From positions 69,091-133,090 of the IMG/VR virus record IMGVR_UViG_3300037493_005727: a stretch of DNA of 64,000 nt; one strand, given 5' to 3'. Position numbers and translations under genes: made by a program. The stretch is from a virus. Of this stretch, positions 17,885-25,396 are shown piece by piece; position 1 is the stretch's first letter, and the number at the start of each line of letters is the position of its first letter. The notes under the pieces are model-generated. The model was not told where the DNA came from, made no database searches, and saw only the letters and a list, made by a program, of their open reading frames with translations.

Positions 17885-18231
17885 ACGAGGTACACCAAAT
17901 GCTGCGCGTGTTCGCCTCCGTCGATCATGACGGAGTCGTAGTTGGCCCACTCTTGGGCTGTGGTCATTTTTAGATCAGCGTTCACCCCGATGTAGACTTC
18001 CTCCGGGGAGATCCTCAAATATTTCTCCATGCGGATGCGATCTTCTCGTGCCCTCTTGCGGGTGTACGTCATCTCATACAGCGTGTACGCGATAGCGTTG
18101 AACCACTGCGCGATGTCTTCCGCGGTCAGCGTCTCCGGCTCATGCTGCACCCGAGGCAACAACAGATCGCCGAACGCGTGCATCACACGACCGAAGTCGT
18201 TGTCCCCCTTGAAACGTACGAGCACTTTCAC
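17881..18231 (-). CDS. hypothetical protein (GTG start)
   Basis: GTG at 18231-18229 is preceded by GAGAGGAGGAG with a 5-nt spacer. This removes the R/G-rich N-terminus of the track ORF. Confidence 0.45.
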   Translation of the reverse strand: MKVLVRFKGDNDFGRVMHAFGDLLLPRVQHEPETLTAEDIAQWFNAIAYTLYEMTYTRKRAREDRIRMEKYLRISPEEVYIGVNADLKMTTAQEWANYDSVMIDGGEHAQHLVYLV

Positions 18232-18393
18232 GGCTTCTCCTCCTCTCGTGTTTGAATCTCCTTTACCACCCCGTGGAGTCCGCCCGACGTGAAGGCGTTC
18301 ATGAGCCTGTGGTCGAGGGGCATCTCCGCTGCTTCGCACACCTCACAGTTCCCGTTGACGCAGTTTTCGGCTTTCACTTTCTTTGGCTTCATC
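18228..18393 (-). CDS. small hypothetical protein (53 aa, below ORF-track cutoff)
   Basis: Read by hand: ATG 18393-18391, MKPKKVKAENCVNGNCEVCEAAEMPLDHRLMNAFTSGGLHGVVKEIQTREEEKP, with stop TGA overlapping the downstream GTG start (GTGA) and an ATGA overlap with the upstream gene. It fills an otherwise unexplained 160-nt gap. Confidence 0.4.
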
Positions 18394-18727
18394 GCTTCTT
18401 CCTCTTCGCAGGCTTCCTGTGCACAACGAACCCCATGCTCGATGCGAGTGCCTTCAGGATCTCTTCGTTGGTGTTGCGGTAGCCGCCTCCGTAGCCGAGG
18501 ACAGCGCCCATGTTGCCGCCGATGGCGACCACCGAGAATGCGTCGGCGTGGTGACTCTCGATGGCGGTCGCAGCGTTGACGTGATTCATCGCCGAGATGA
18601 CGGCGTCGTACTTTCGACCGCTCCCCAGCGACATGACAGCGGCGGCCAGCTTCTTCCCGAACTGGGGGTCCTCCGCGATGGCGTGCAGCGCATCATTGAG
18701 CACGATGACGGTGGTGTTGAAGCCCAT
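18389..18727 (-). CDS. hypothetical protein
   Basis: 112-aa ORF of protein-like composition. Confidence 0.5.
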   Translation of the reverse strand: MGFNTTVIVLNDALHAIAEDPQFGKKLAAAVMSLGSGRKYDAVISAMNHVNAATAIESHHADAFSVVAIGGNMGAVLGYGGGYRNTNEEILKALASSMGFVVHRKPAKRKKR

Positions 18728-18728
18728 G

Positions 18729-18950
18729 TCACTTCTCCTTTTTCTGCCGTGAGAGTACGTCCAACTTGGAGTTGATCTGCAGCAGCACCTTTCCGAGGCT
18801 GTCGTTCCGGAGGAACCCGAGGCTCACGGTGTCGGCGCACGTCGAGCACAACTTCGTGGGCTGGGTTTTCAGGCTTCCAGGGATGTTTTCTTCGTAGGTC
18901 TTGAGGGTCCGCACAACGTCGCACGCCTCACAACGAGCTCGTTCGCTCAT
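18729..18950 (-). CDS. small Cys-pair protein, paralog of 14723..15025
   Basis: First gene of the leftward operon. C-terminal GKVLLQINSKLDVLSRQKKEK is shared with the paralog. Confidence 0.5.
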   Translation of the reverse strand: MSERARCEACDVVRTLKTYEENIPGSLKTQPTKLCSTCADTVSLGFLRNDSLGKVLLQINSKLDVLSRQKKEK

Positions 18951-19091
18951 AGGGCTCCGAACAAACTACCCCCGCGAGCGCTATCACACGCTCAGCGGGG
19001 AGGCCTTTCGGCCTTCTGTGAATTTGGGGTGGACGGTGATAGACGTCCAGAGACACCACTTCTCTACTCTTCTCTTGTACCACAAGCAACG

Positions 19092-19100
19092 CCTATACTT
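19092..19100 (+). promoter_or_regulatory. CTATACT box (-10-like), 9 nt upstream of ATG 19109
   Basis: gCCTATACTTgaggcgcaATG. One of five copies of this motif; see the finding on it. Confidence 0.45.
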
Positions 19101-19108
19101 GAGGCGCA

Positions 19109-19513
19109 ATGGCCGCCAGTATCACCCACACGCAGACTCGTACGGACACGGTGCCTCCGGTACCGGACGTGTACCCGAGCATCCCTAACACCCTGGATGC
19201 CAAGTACCGCGTCGTCGACGTTGTAACGGCCACGGTCAACATCGACCCTGAAGTCTTCGTGTACCGCTACAGCGACTGGGTGTTCGATCACGTAGCTACC
19301 GTGCTGGACATGGAGCAGATCCAAGAACTTACGCCAACTCCCGGCGCACCGTTTTACCGCCAGAACTACGTGGTGAGGGACTTCGCGAGTGAGAGCCAGG
19401 CCGCCGCCTTCGCAGAGGAACTGATCTCTCGAATGGAACGTCTGGCGTTGGAATACGTGTTGTACCCGTCGACGTTCGTTGGTACGACGACCGGTACGCT
19501 CCCTCCCCCGTAG
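19109..19513 (+). CDS. hypothetical protein, tandem paralog A
   Basis: 134 aa. VFVYRYSDWVFDHVATVLDM...PFYRQNYVV...LISRMERLALEY aligns with the next gene (LFTYRFSDGLYDHVSTTVDL...PFYRQSTVS...VESRLTSLAKEY). Confidence 0.6.
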   Translation: MAASITHTQTRTDTVPPVPDVYPSIPNTLDAKYRVVDVVTATVNIDPEVFVYRYSDWVFDHVATVLDMEQIQELTPTPGAPFYRQNYVVRDFASESQAAAFAEELISRMERLALEYVLYPSTFVGTTTGTLPPP

Positions 19514-19515
19514 CG

Positions 19516-19524
19516 CTCTATACT
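19516..19524 (+). promoter_or_regulatory. CTATACT box (-10-like), 8 nt upstream of ATG 19533
   Basis: gCTCTATACTgaggaactATG. Confidence 0.45.
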
Positions 19525-19532
19525 GAGGAACT

Positions 19533-19898
19533 ATGGCAGCCACGGTCATCAACTACACGCTGGTTCAGAGCACCATCCCGGGTCCCCCGGCGCAGTATCA
19601 GGTGCAGGCGACGATCAACACATCGCCAAACACCGGCACGTCGCTGTTCACGTACCGCTTCAGTGACGGCCTGTACGATCACGTGTCTACTACCGTGGAC
19701 CTGATGACGTACCCGACCGCGGCCAATCCTTCCTTCCCGTTCTACCGGCAGTCGACGGTGTCCTTTTTGTCCCAGAACGCAACCGAGGCCATCGACTTCT
19801 CCGCGATGGTCGAGTCTCGCTTGACGAGCCTGGCGAAAGAGTACGACGCAGTCGCGACGACCTTCGTGCCTGGTACGTACCCCATCGTTGTTCCGTAA
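19533..19898 (+). CDS. hypothetical protein, tandem paralog B
   Basis: 121 aa, homologous to 19109..19513 as described there. Confidence 0.6.
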   Translation: MAATVINYTLVQSTIPGPPAQYQVQATINTSPNTGTSLFTYRFSDGLYDHVSTTVDLMTYPTAANPSFPFYRQSTVSFLSQNATEAIDFSAMVESRLTSLAKEYDAVATTFVPGTYPIVVP

Positions 19899-19907
19899 GG
19901 ACGCACC

Positions 19908-21062
19908 ATGGCAACTACCCTCGGCCAGCACTGCACCGTCTTCCTGGACGTCGATGGGATCCAGCGGTTCAAGATCGTCTCCAGCGTCGACTCGGTCGAG
20001 GCGGGGGACCTCCCGCTCCACGGCGCCGCTCCGTACACCTCGTACATCTTCGTTCACAAGATCGTCGAGCCCACGGACGCCAAGGCTGACACGTTCCTTC
20101 GGGTTGGCAATGTCGCCGACCTCACCACCATCGCCATTGGGCGTGAGCTCGCGGTAGGCCTCGGGCAGTCGCTGTACCTGGCTATCGAGTTCACCGTCAT
20201 CTACGACGACATCGCCACGGCGAGCCAGGCGAAGACGCTCATTCAGCAGCGAGTCGACAACCTCATCGCCGACTGGCACAAGTACAACGAGGAGTTCCTC
20301 GCCCCTCTGACGACTCCGCCGGATCTCTCAACCATTCCCTTCCCGCTCACCCAGAGCGAAGAGGATGAACGCAAAGCAGCGTACGACGAGGCTCACGCAG
20401 AGCTCCTGGCGGCCAAGGCCGACTCCGCCCTCGCGGCGGTCGAAGCCTCGGCGTCCATCTCAGCGGCGGCTACCTGCAACGACGTCGCGTCCATCACCGT
20501 CGCGAACAGCCAAGAGTGCAGCAAGCTGCTGGGACAGTACAACGGCATCGTCACGGCTGAAGACGCCTTCCGCGGCGCTGTCACCTCATTCGCTCCGTCG
20601 GCGGTCACCTTCTCCGACGCATCGTTGGTCTTCTTCAACGCGTGTACGGCCTACCAGACGGCGAGCGCAACGTACATCAGCTACGGCATCACGCCGACTA
20701 CTCCACAGCGCCAGGCGTTCATGGATGCCAAGCTCACCTGGGATAACGCCCTCACCGCTTGGAACAATGTGCGGGTAACGTTCAACGCCGCGGGCCTCAA
20801 CTCGGCCATCGCAGCTGAGTCCATCAACGGCGCTCCCGCCATGGCGACTCTTCAGACCGACATGTCTAAGGCCTGCACGACAAAGATCTCCGAGGTCACG
20901 GCCGCTGCAAGCAAAAAAACAGAGTGCGACAAGGCGGCGGCCGAGGCCACGACCGCAAAGAAGGCAGCCGACGAAGCTCTGTCGGCCGCCCTCCTCGCAG
21001 ATACGCAAGCCTACCTCGAGGTCAAGGCCCTGTGCCCTGAGTTTGAACGCACTGTCCCGTAG
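19908..21062 (+). CDS. Ala/Thr/Ser-rich hypothetical protein (possibly virion-associated)
   Basis: 384-aa ORF. The opposite-strand ORFs (19518..20279-, 20586..21008-) are Arg/Gly-rich artefacts. Confidence 0.5.
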   Translation: MATTLGQHCTVFLDVDGIQRFKIVSSVDSVEAGDLPLHGAAPYTSYIFVHKIVEPTDAKADTFLRVGNVADLTTIAIGRELAVGLGQSLYLAIEFTVIYDDIATASQAKTLIQQRVDNLIADWHKYNEEFLAPLTTPPDLSTIPFPLTQSEEDERKAAYDEAHAELLAAKADSALAAVEASASISAAATCNDVASITVANSQECSKLLGQYNGIVTAEDAFRGAVTSFAPSAVTFSDASLVFFNACTAYQTASATYISYGITPTTPQRQAFMDAKLTWDNALTAWNNVRVTFNAAGLNSAIAAESINGAPAMATLQTDMSKACTTKISEVTAAASKKTECDKAAAEATTAKKAADEALSAALLADTQAYLEVKALCPEFERTVP

Positions 21063-21234
21063 CCGGGGCGGTGAGGAAGAAAGCGCACATCCTGAGGAAG
21101 TCTATCTTGTCGACAGCGACTTCTCGCTGATCGATGATGATGAACATCCATTTGTCTTCAGTCCCCTCGGCGAACTCGATGTCCTTGGGGTAGCTGTTGG
21201 AGCTGTCCTTCTGAAGCGTGAGTACGAGCTTCAT
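21022..21234 (-). CDS. small hypothetical protein
   Basis: 70 aa. ATGA overlap with the upstream gene at 21231-21234. Its tail overlaps the 3' end of 19908..21062 convergently. Confidence 0.35.
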   Translation of the reverse strand: MKLVLTLQKDSSNSYPKDIEFAEGTEDKWMFIIIDQREVAVDKIDFLRMCAFFLTAPATGQCVQTQGTGP

Positions 21235-22523
21235 GGGCGTACCTCCACTTTGTCCACATCTCCGAGGCGTCCATCAGACAGATGAGAGGCGACTTGGGAG
21301 ATCTTGGTAAGATCCGAGGTGTAGCGAGAAATCCAATTACCGTTCGTCCAAAGAACCGAAACGTAGCGGTCGTTACACCCCACAGCTGTGATGTATCTCC
21401 GATTCCCCCAACCGGTGGCCTGATAGCCGCGGCCAGTCTTGAGCGTGAGCCACAGCAGCGCTCGCAGCGTTGGATCTTTGACGGGCCCACGCTTCGCAGG
21501 CACGTCTGCTTCAATCAGCGCCAACCCAAAGGCCTTGGCGATGTCCTCGTACGTCTTGAGCATCCCGAACTCAGTGATTGACCCCTTGGCTCGGTGCACC
21601 GTCGCAACGACGCCGTCAGTGCCCTGTAGCTTGAGGCCTGTGAGCACAACGTTCCAGCGAGAGACCTTCGCGGTCTCCCCCATGTGCCGGGCAATCTCCC
21701 ATAGCTGCCACTCAGGCCAGGGGGATGCTTTCATCACCGCGGTGAGCCGACGGTCGGCTTCCTCGATGATGCTCGCTTCAGGCGGGTAGGCGCCCTTGCA
21801 GTGCGACGCCCTGTCGCAGCTGTCCTTGATGGGACATTTGACGCACTGCGTCTTCTTGAACCTCTTGGTGTCGGCTCCTTGAGTGGACGCCTCGGAGCGC
21901 TTCTTGTGGTTCTTCTCTGTTGCGTCGAAGTCGTGCTCCCAGTACGGGCGGATCGCCTTCGAGAATGCTTCTGTCCGTGTCGAACCAGGCTTCACGAGGG
22001 TGAACTCCCCCAGCTTGGTGTAGTGCTCCTGCACGTGCTCCCACAGGTCCTCAGCCTCGTGCGCTGGGGACAGCCTCGCTGGGAGCTCAATCCCGACTCC
22101 CTCAGACAAGCACTTCATCCCCTTGTCTGGGCAGTGCGTGCACCCCACCGCCTTGAACAAGGACAGGCACCGGTTGTAGCGCTGTCGCAGGTTCAGAGTG
22201 TATGGCTTCCCTTCGAGAAAGAATTGAAGATCCGGCGTATCGATCTTCGCGTCGTCCGGCAATTGCTCCGCAAGGTGCGTGGAGACGAGGACGAACTCCA
22301 TCTTCGGGGGCGTAGGCTTTTGGTTTCCCCACCAGCTGCTGTTGCGAGGCTGGGCGCCTGCGACCTGCGATACGAAGTACCCGTTTGAAAAGATCTTAGC
22401 GAGCTCCGGCAGGGCAGCTACCTTTTCGACGTCCAACGTCTCGAAGAGAAGAGAAGGGGTCGTAGAATCCTCCCGCCACCGGGATGAGTTGTTATCTGTG
22501 GCGGAACAGACGGTGTATCTCAT
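21231..22523 (-). CDS. hypothetical Cys-rich protein immediately downstream of the RT
   Basis: 430 aa with CTHCPDKGMKC and CVKCPIKDSCDRASHC clusters. ATGA overlap with the RT gene. Confidence 0.55.
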   Translation of the reverse strand: MRYTVCSATDNNSSRWREDSTTPSLLFETLDVEKVAALPELAKIFSNGYFVSQVAGAQPRNSSWWGNQKPTPPKMEFVLVSTHLAEQLPDDAKIDTPDLQFFLEGKPYTLNLRQRYNRCLSLFKAVGCTHCPDKGMKCLSEGVGIELPARLSPAHEAEDLWEHVQEHYTKLGEFTLVKPGSTRTEAFSKAIRPYWEHDFDATEKNHKKRSEASTQGADTKRFKKTQCVKCPIKDSCDRASHCKGAYPPEASIIEEADRRLTAVMKASPWPEWQLWEIARHMGETAKVSRWNVVLTGLKLQGTDGVVATVHRAKGSITEFGMLKTYEDIAKAFGLALIEADVPAKRGPVKDPTLRALLWLTLKTGRGYQATGWGNRRYITAVGCNDRYVSVLWTNGNWISRYTSDLTKISQVASHLSDGRLGDVDKVEVRP

Positions 22524-23716
22524 GTACCTGTCACCTCGAACGGTGGACTCTGGTTCTCGAGATCGACGGGTTCACTCTTCAGCTCCCCGTTTACGAACTC
22601 GAAGGAGGTGACGTCCTCCTGCTTGTGTGTCTCCTTCGCTTTCACGTAGAGCTTGAGCAGCTTCGCTGTCTTGTCCGGCGCGAACCGGGTGAAGTAGTTG
22701 AGCTTGCCTACGATCCACGCATGAAGCTGAGGTACAGACTCCTTCTTCGCGTACTTGAGCTGTGCCTCGAAGCCGTGCTGGTTCGCCTTGTAGAGGAGCA
22801 TGTGCATCTTGTTGTACTCGTTCGCTGGGATGTTCAGCTTACGATTGATGCTGATCCCCAAGAATCGTTGAGGACGCGACCAGTGCTGGACCTGCAGCTT
22901 CTTCCAGTTTACTCGGTAACCTGTGCTCTTGATGACGCGGTCAGCGGCTTGGATCACCTGAGAAACGTCGGGTGAGTTCAGCGGCTTGTCGTAGCTGAAG
23001 TACAGGTCGTCCGCGTACCTGGTGTAGCGCCACCCATCTGGTAGCGTCTTCATCAGCGGCTGGTCAATCTTCCAGTCGCACACCAGGTTGCAGATGTCCC
23101 CTGCCGTGAGCGCTCCCGGCGGAACACCGGTACGTGTCTTGTTCCGGTCGTCCCGGTAGTCGGTCGTGAGCAGCTGGCCCAAGAGCGACGAAGCGTAGTG
23201 GTTGTATCCAACGACCTCGTGGAAGTACTGGCGGATCCATGAACGGCGTGTCGACAAGAAGAAGTCCTTCAGGTCGAGCTTGAACTTGACCCCGCGTCGA
23301 GGGCAATCGTGCTTCACCGGGCTGGTGTGAGGCTTGGTCGTCTCGTCGCAGATCTTGCACTCGCGCAGGTGCAGTGACGCAGCGTCGATTGTGCTTTTAC
23401 CGAGCTGATAGGCCGCCACGTGCTGTCCCAGGTGTGTTGTCAGGGGCTGGAGGATGCGGCTCCGCATCTGCGCCTGGAAGATGCGCAGTAGGTCGTTGGG
23501 GTCGAAGGTTCGGCGCAGTCCGCCGGTCTTCTTCTTGACCATGAACTGCTTGTACATCTGGTCTCTGTGATCGACGATGTACCAGAACGTCTTTCCAGTG
23601 AACCCCAGCCGAAAGGCCAGAGTCCAGTCGTCGATGATGAACGGCACGTTGGGGAGATTTACGAGAGGAGCACGGACCTCGATCTTCTCGAGGAAGTTTT
23701 GTTTGTAGGTGGGCAT
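22520..23716 (-). CDS. reverse transcriptase (stand-alone prokaryotic RT, class unresolved; DGR-like motif 4)
   Basis: KKKTGGLRRTFDPNDLLRIFQAQMRSRIL (RT1-2), AAYQLGKSTIDAASLH (RT3), FKLDLKDFFLSTRR (motif A), GVPPGALTAGDICNLVCD (motif B', P-x-G-x-L-T-x4-N-L as in DGR RTs), RYADDLYFS (YADD catalytic box), FLGISI (motif D/E). Confidence 0.85.
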   Translation of the reverse strand: MPTYKQNFLEKIEVRAPLVNLPNVPFIIDDWTLAFRLGFTGKTFWYIVDHRDQMYKQFMVKKKTGGLRRTFDPNDLLRIFQAQMRSRILQPLTTHLGQHVAAYQLGKSTIDAASLHLRECKICDETTKPHTSPVKHDCPRRGVKFKLDLKDFFLSTRRSWIRQYFHEVVGYNHYASSLLGQLLTTDYRDDRNKTRTGVPPGALTAGDICNLVCDWKIDQPLMKTLPDGWRYTRYADDLYFSYDKPLNSPDVSQVIQAADRVIKSTGYRVNWKKLQVQHWSRPQRFLGISINRKLNIPANEYNKMHMLLYKANQHGFEAQLKYAKKESVPQLHAWIVGKLNYFTRFAPDKTAKLLKLYVKAKETHKQEDVTSFEFVNGELKSEPVDLENQSPPFEVTGT

Positions 23717-24345
23717 CAGTCTTCCTCAGCCAGCAGGTGGTTCTCAGTTGGAGGTGGCAGCGCCAACCCTTCCTGAAAGTGGTTGGTCATCCCGAGCCCC
23801 AGCGACGAGTAGCAAATGTCCTCGCCCAGGCGGCAGTGCCCGTTCTGGTGGTTGATGAAGTTGGGGCAGGCAACACACACCGGCCGAATGTTCTCGGTGG
23901 GCGTTTGCAGGTAGGTGAGCGCCGGGAACGGATCCGCGACTCCCACGGAGGATGCGCGCCGTCGTGAGCGTCGGGGCTTTGCCGGGTTGGTGGGGAGACG
24001 GTACTTGCCCGCGGCGGTGATGTACCGGGGCAAGTTGGACGCAACAAACTTGGCGAGAATGGGCACAGCCATCACCCAGTCCCCTGTCTCGAGAGCTTCT
24101 CGCCACTCCTCGTTGGTTGGCCCCTTCAGGTCATCGTTCCGATTGAACGCGTGCGTGTCGCCCGCTTCGATCTGAACGTGGTCCAGCAGCAGGTCCTTCA
24201 TGGTGTTCTCGACAGGCAATACCAGGGCGTAGCGAAACAGCTTCTTGAAGATGCTGTGTTCCCCGTTGCGAGCCAAATACACTCGATCAAAAGGGAACAC
24301 CTTTCCAGCCGCCTCGCGCTTGACGCGAAGACAGTACAGGTCCAT
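23716..24345 (-). CDS. hypothetical protein upstream of RT
   Basis: 209 aa. Overlaps the RT start by ATGA. CVACPNFINHQNGHC. Confidence 0.5.
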   Translation of the reverse strand: MDLYCLRVKREAAGKVFPFDRVYLARNGEHSIFKKLFRYALVLPVENTMKDLLLDHVQIEAGDTHAFNRNDDLKGPTNEEWREALETGDWVMAVPILAKFVASNLPRYITAAGKYRLPTNPAKPRRSRRRASSVGVADPFPALTYLQTPTENIRPVCVACPNFINHQNGHCRLGEDICYSSLGLGMTNHFQEGLALPPPTENHLLAEED

Positions 24346-24378
24346 GAGGACTCCTTGGTGGTGGTGGTTGTTTGGTGA

Positions 24379-24903
24379 TCAGTACCGCTGAGCAGCGAAC
24401 TCGCTTCGGATGTTCCGCCACTTTCCTGAGAGCCAAAGCGCGTCGAGGCGCTTCAGTTCTTCTTCGATGCGCTTGAGCTGCTTCTTACGCCCTGTCGGGC
24501 GATCCCACGTTTGTGGCTGCGGCACCAGGCATCCTACCCAGTTGATCTTCACCAGCTGAGGCAGCCCGGCCCGCCACGTCGATGTGATGTACAGCGGCCA
24601 ATCTTCGTAGCCGTCGTAAACGATGTACTTGTAGGGTCCGTGGACCTTGTCGCAATGCTTGGTGGGGTACGTCTTCCGCTTCCCAACCTTGAGAGCGACC
24701 CAGGCGCACACTGAGATCATGTAGTCGCTGGTCGACGTTGCATCAAACCCAATGCGACAGGGACCGTGGTCGTACGAGAGGTCACGATCAATCGGTCCCC
24801 GCGCATAGGGGTCCAGTGTGTGGTTGTAGTGTCTCGAGAGGAAGGCCATCATCTCCTTCTTGGCCTTCTCACTCTTGATCGGCGTCGCGATGGAGTAGCC
24901 CAT
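24379..24903 (-). CDS. hypothetical protein
   Basis: 174-aa ORF. Confidence 0.5.
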   Translation of the reverse strand: MGYSIATPIKSEKAKKEMMAFLSRHYNHTLDPYARGPIDRDLSYDHGPCRIGFDATSTSDYMISVCAWVALKVGKRKTYPTKHCDKVHGPYKYIVYDGYEDWPLYITSTWRAGLPQLVKINWVGCLVPQPQTWDRPTGRKKQLKRIEEELKRLDALWLSGKWRNIRSEFAAQRY

Positions 24904-24906
24904 GGC

Positions 24907-25185
24907 TCACGGTGGCAGAATGACGATCTGCCCGCCCGTCTCCTTGACCCGCTTGATGACGTCCATGATGTTGAGCGCCTTCACCTGCTTGGAGCGCTTC
25001 TCGACGTATCCTGACCCGTCATCCGCCCGCATCAGCTCGCCGTCGTGCACGTACTCCGTGCCGTCTTTGCGCCGGTACACGCAGCGGTTCTTCTTCGTCT
25101 CCTCGGAGTACTTGGTATTCCCCGTGAGGTCCGTGTCGTAGTGCTTGATGGTGATGTCTTCTTTTCGGATTGGTGTCGGCATCAT
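24907..25185 (-). CDS. hypothetical protein (internal-Met start)
   Basis: MMPTPIRKEDITIKHYDTD.... ATGA overlap at 25182-25185. Confidence 0.4.
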   Translation of the reverse strand: MMPTPIRKEDITIKHYDTDLTGNTKYSEETKKNRCVYRRKDGTEYVHDGELMRADDGSGYVEKRSKQVKALNIMDVIKRVKETGGQIVILPP

Positions 25186-25394
25186 TGCTCCTTCCAAGTG
25201 GTCACAGCCGCTTCGAATGCTCTGTGGGCATCTTCGCACGCGTTGCTAATCCACATCCTGCCGTGCAAGGACTCTGGTGTCTTGTCCAGGGGCTTCCACT
25301 CCCCGTACTTGAGATCTCTATTTGCGTCCCGCGCGAGATCTCCGATTGGCCCAGTCTCTTTTTTTTGGGTGAGAAGCCAGTCTAGAAACTCCAT
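25182..25394 (-). CDS. hypothetical protein
   Basis: 70-aa ORF immediately downstream of the VWA gene. Confidence 0.4.
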   Translation of the reverse strand: MEFLDWLLTQKKETGPIGDLARDANRDLKYGEWKPLDKTPESLHGRMWISNACEDAHRAFEAAVTTWKEQ

Positions 25395-25396
25395 GG

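Noticed and set aside
19518-20279. 253-aa minus-strand ORF, plus others at 20393..20638 and 20586..21008
   Set aside because: Arg/Gly/Asp-rich shadows of the plus-strand island genes.
21231-22523. C-terminus of the ORF downstream of the RT as a DGR variable repeat (WGNRRYITAVGCNDRYVSVLWTNGNW)
   Set aside because: Asn/Tyr/Trp richness is suggestive, but I could not find a matching template repeat by eye. Left as a hypothesis to test, not called.
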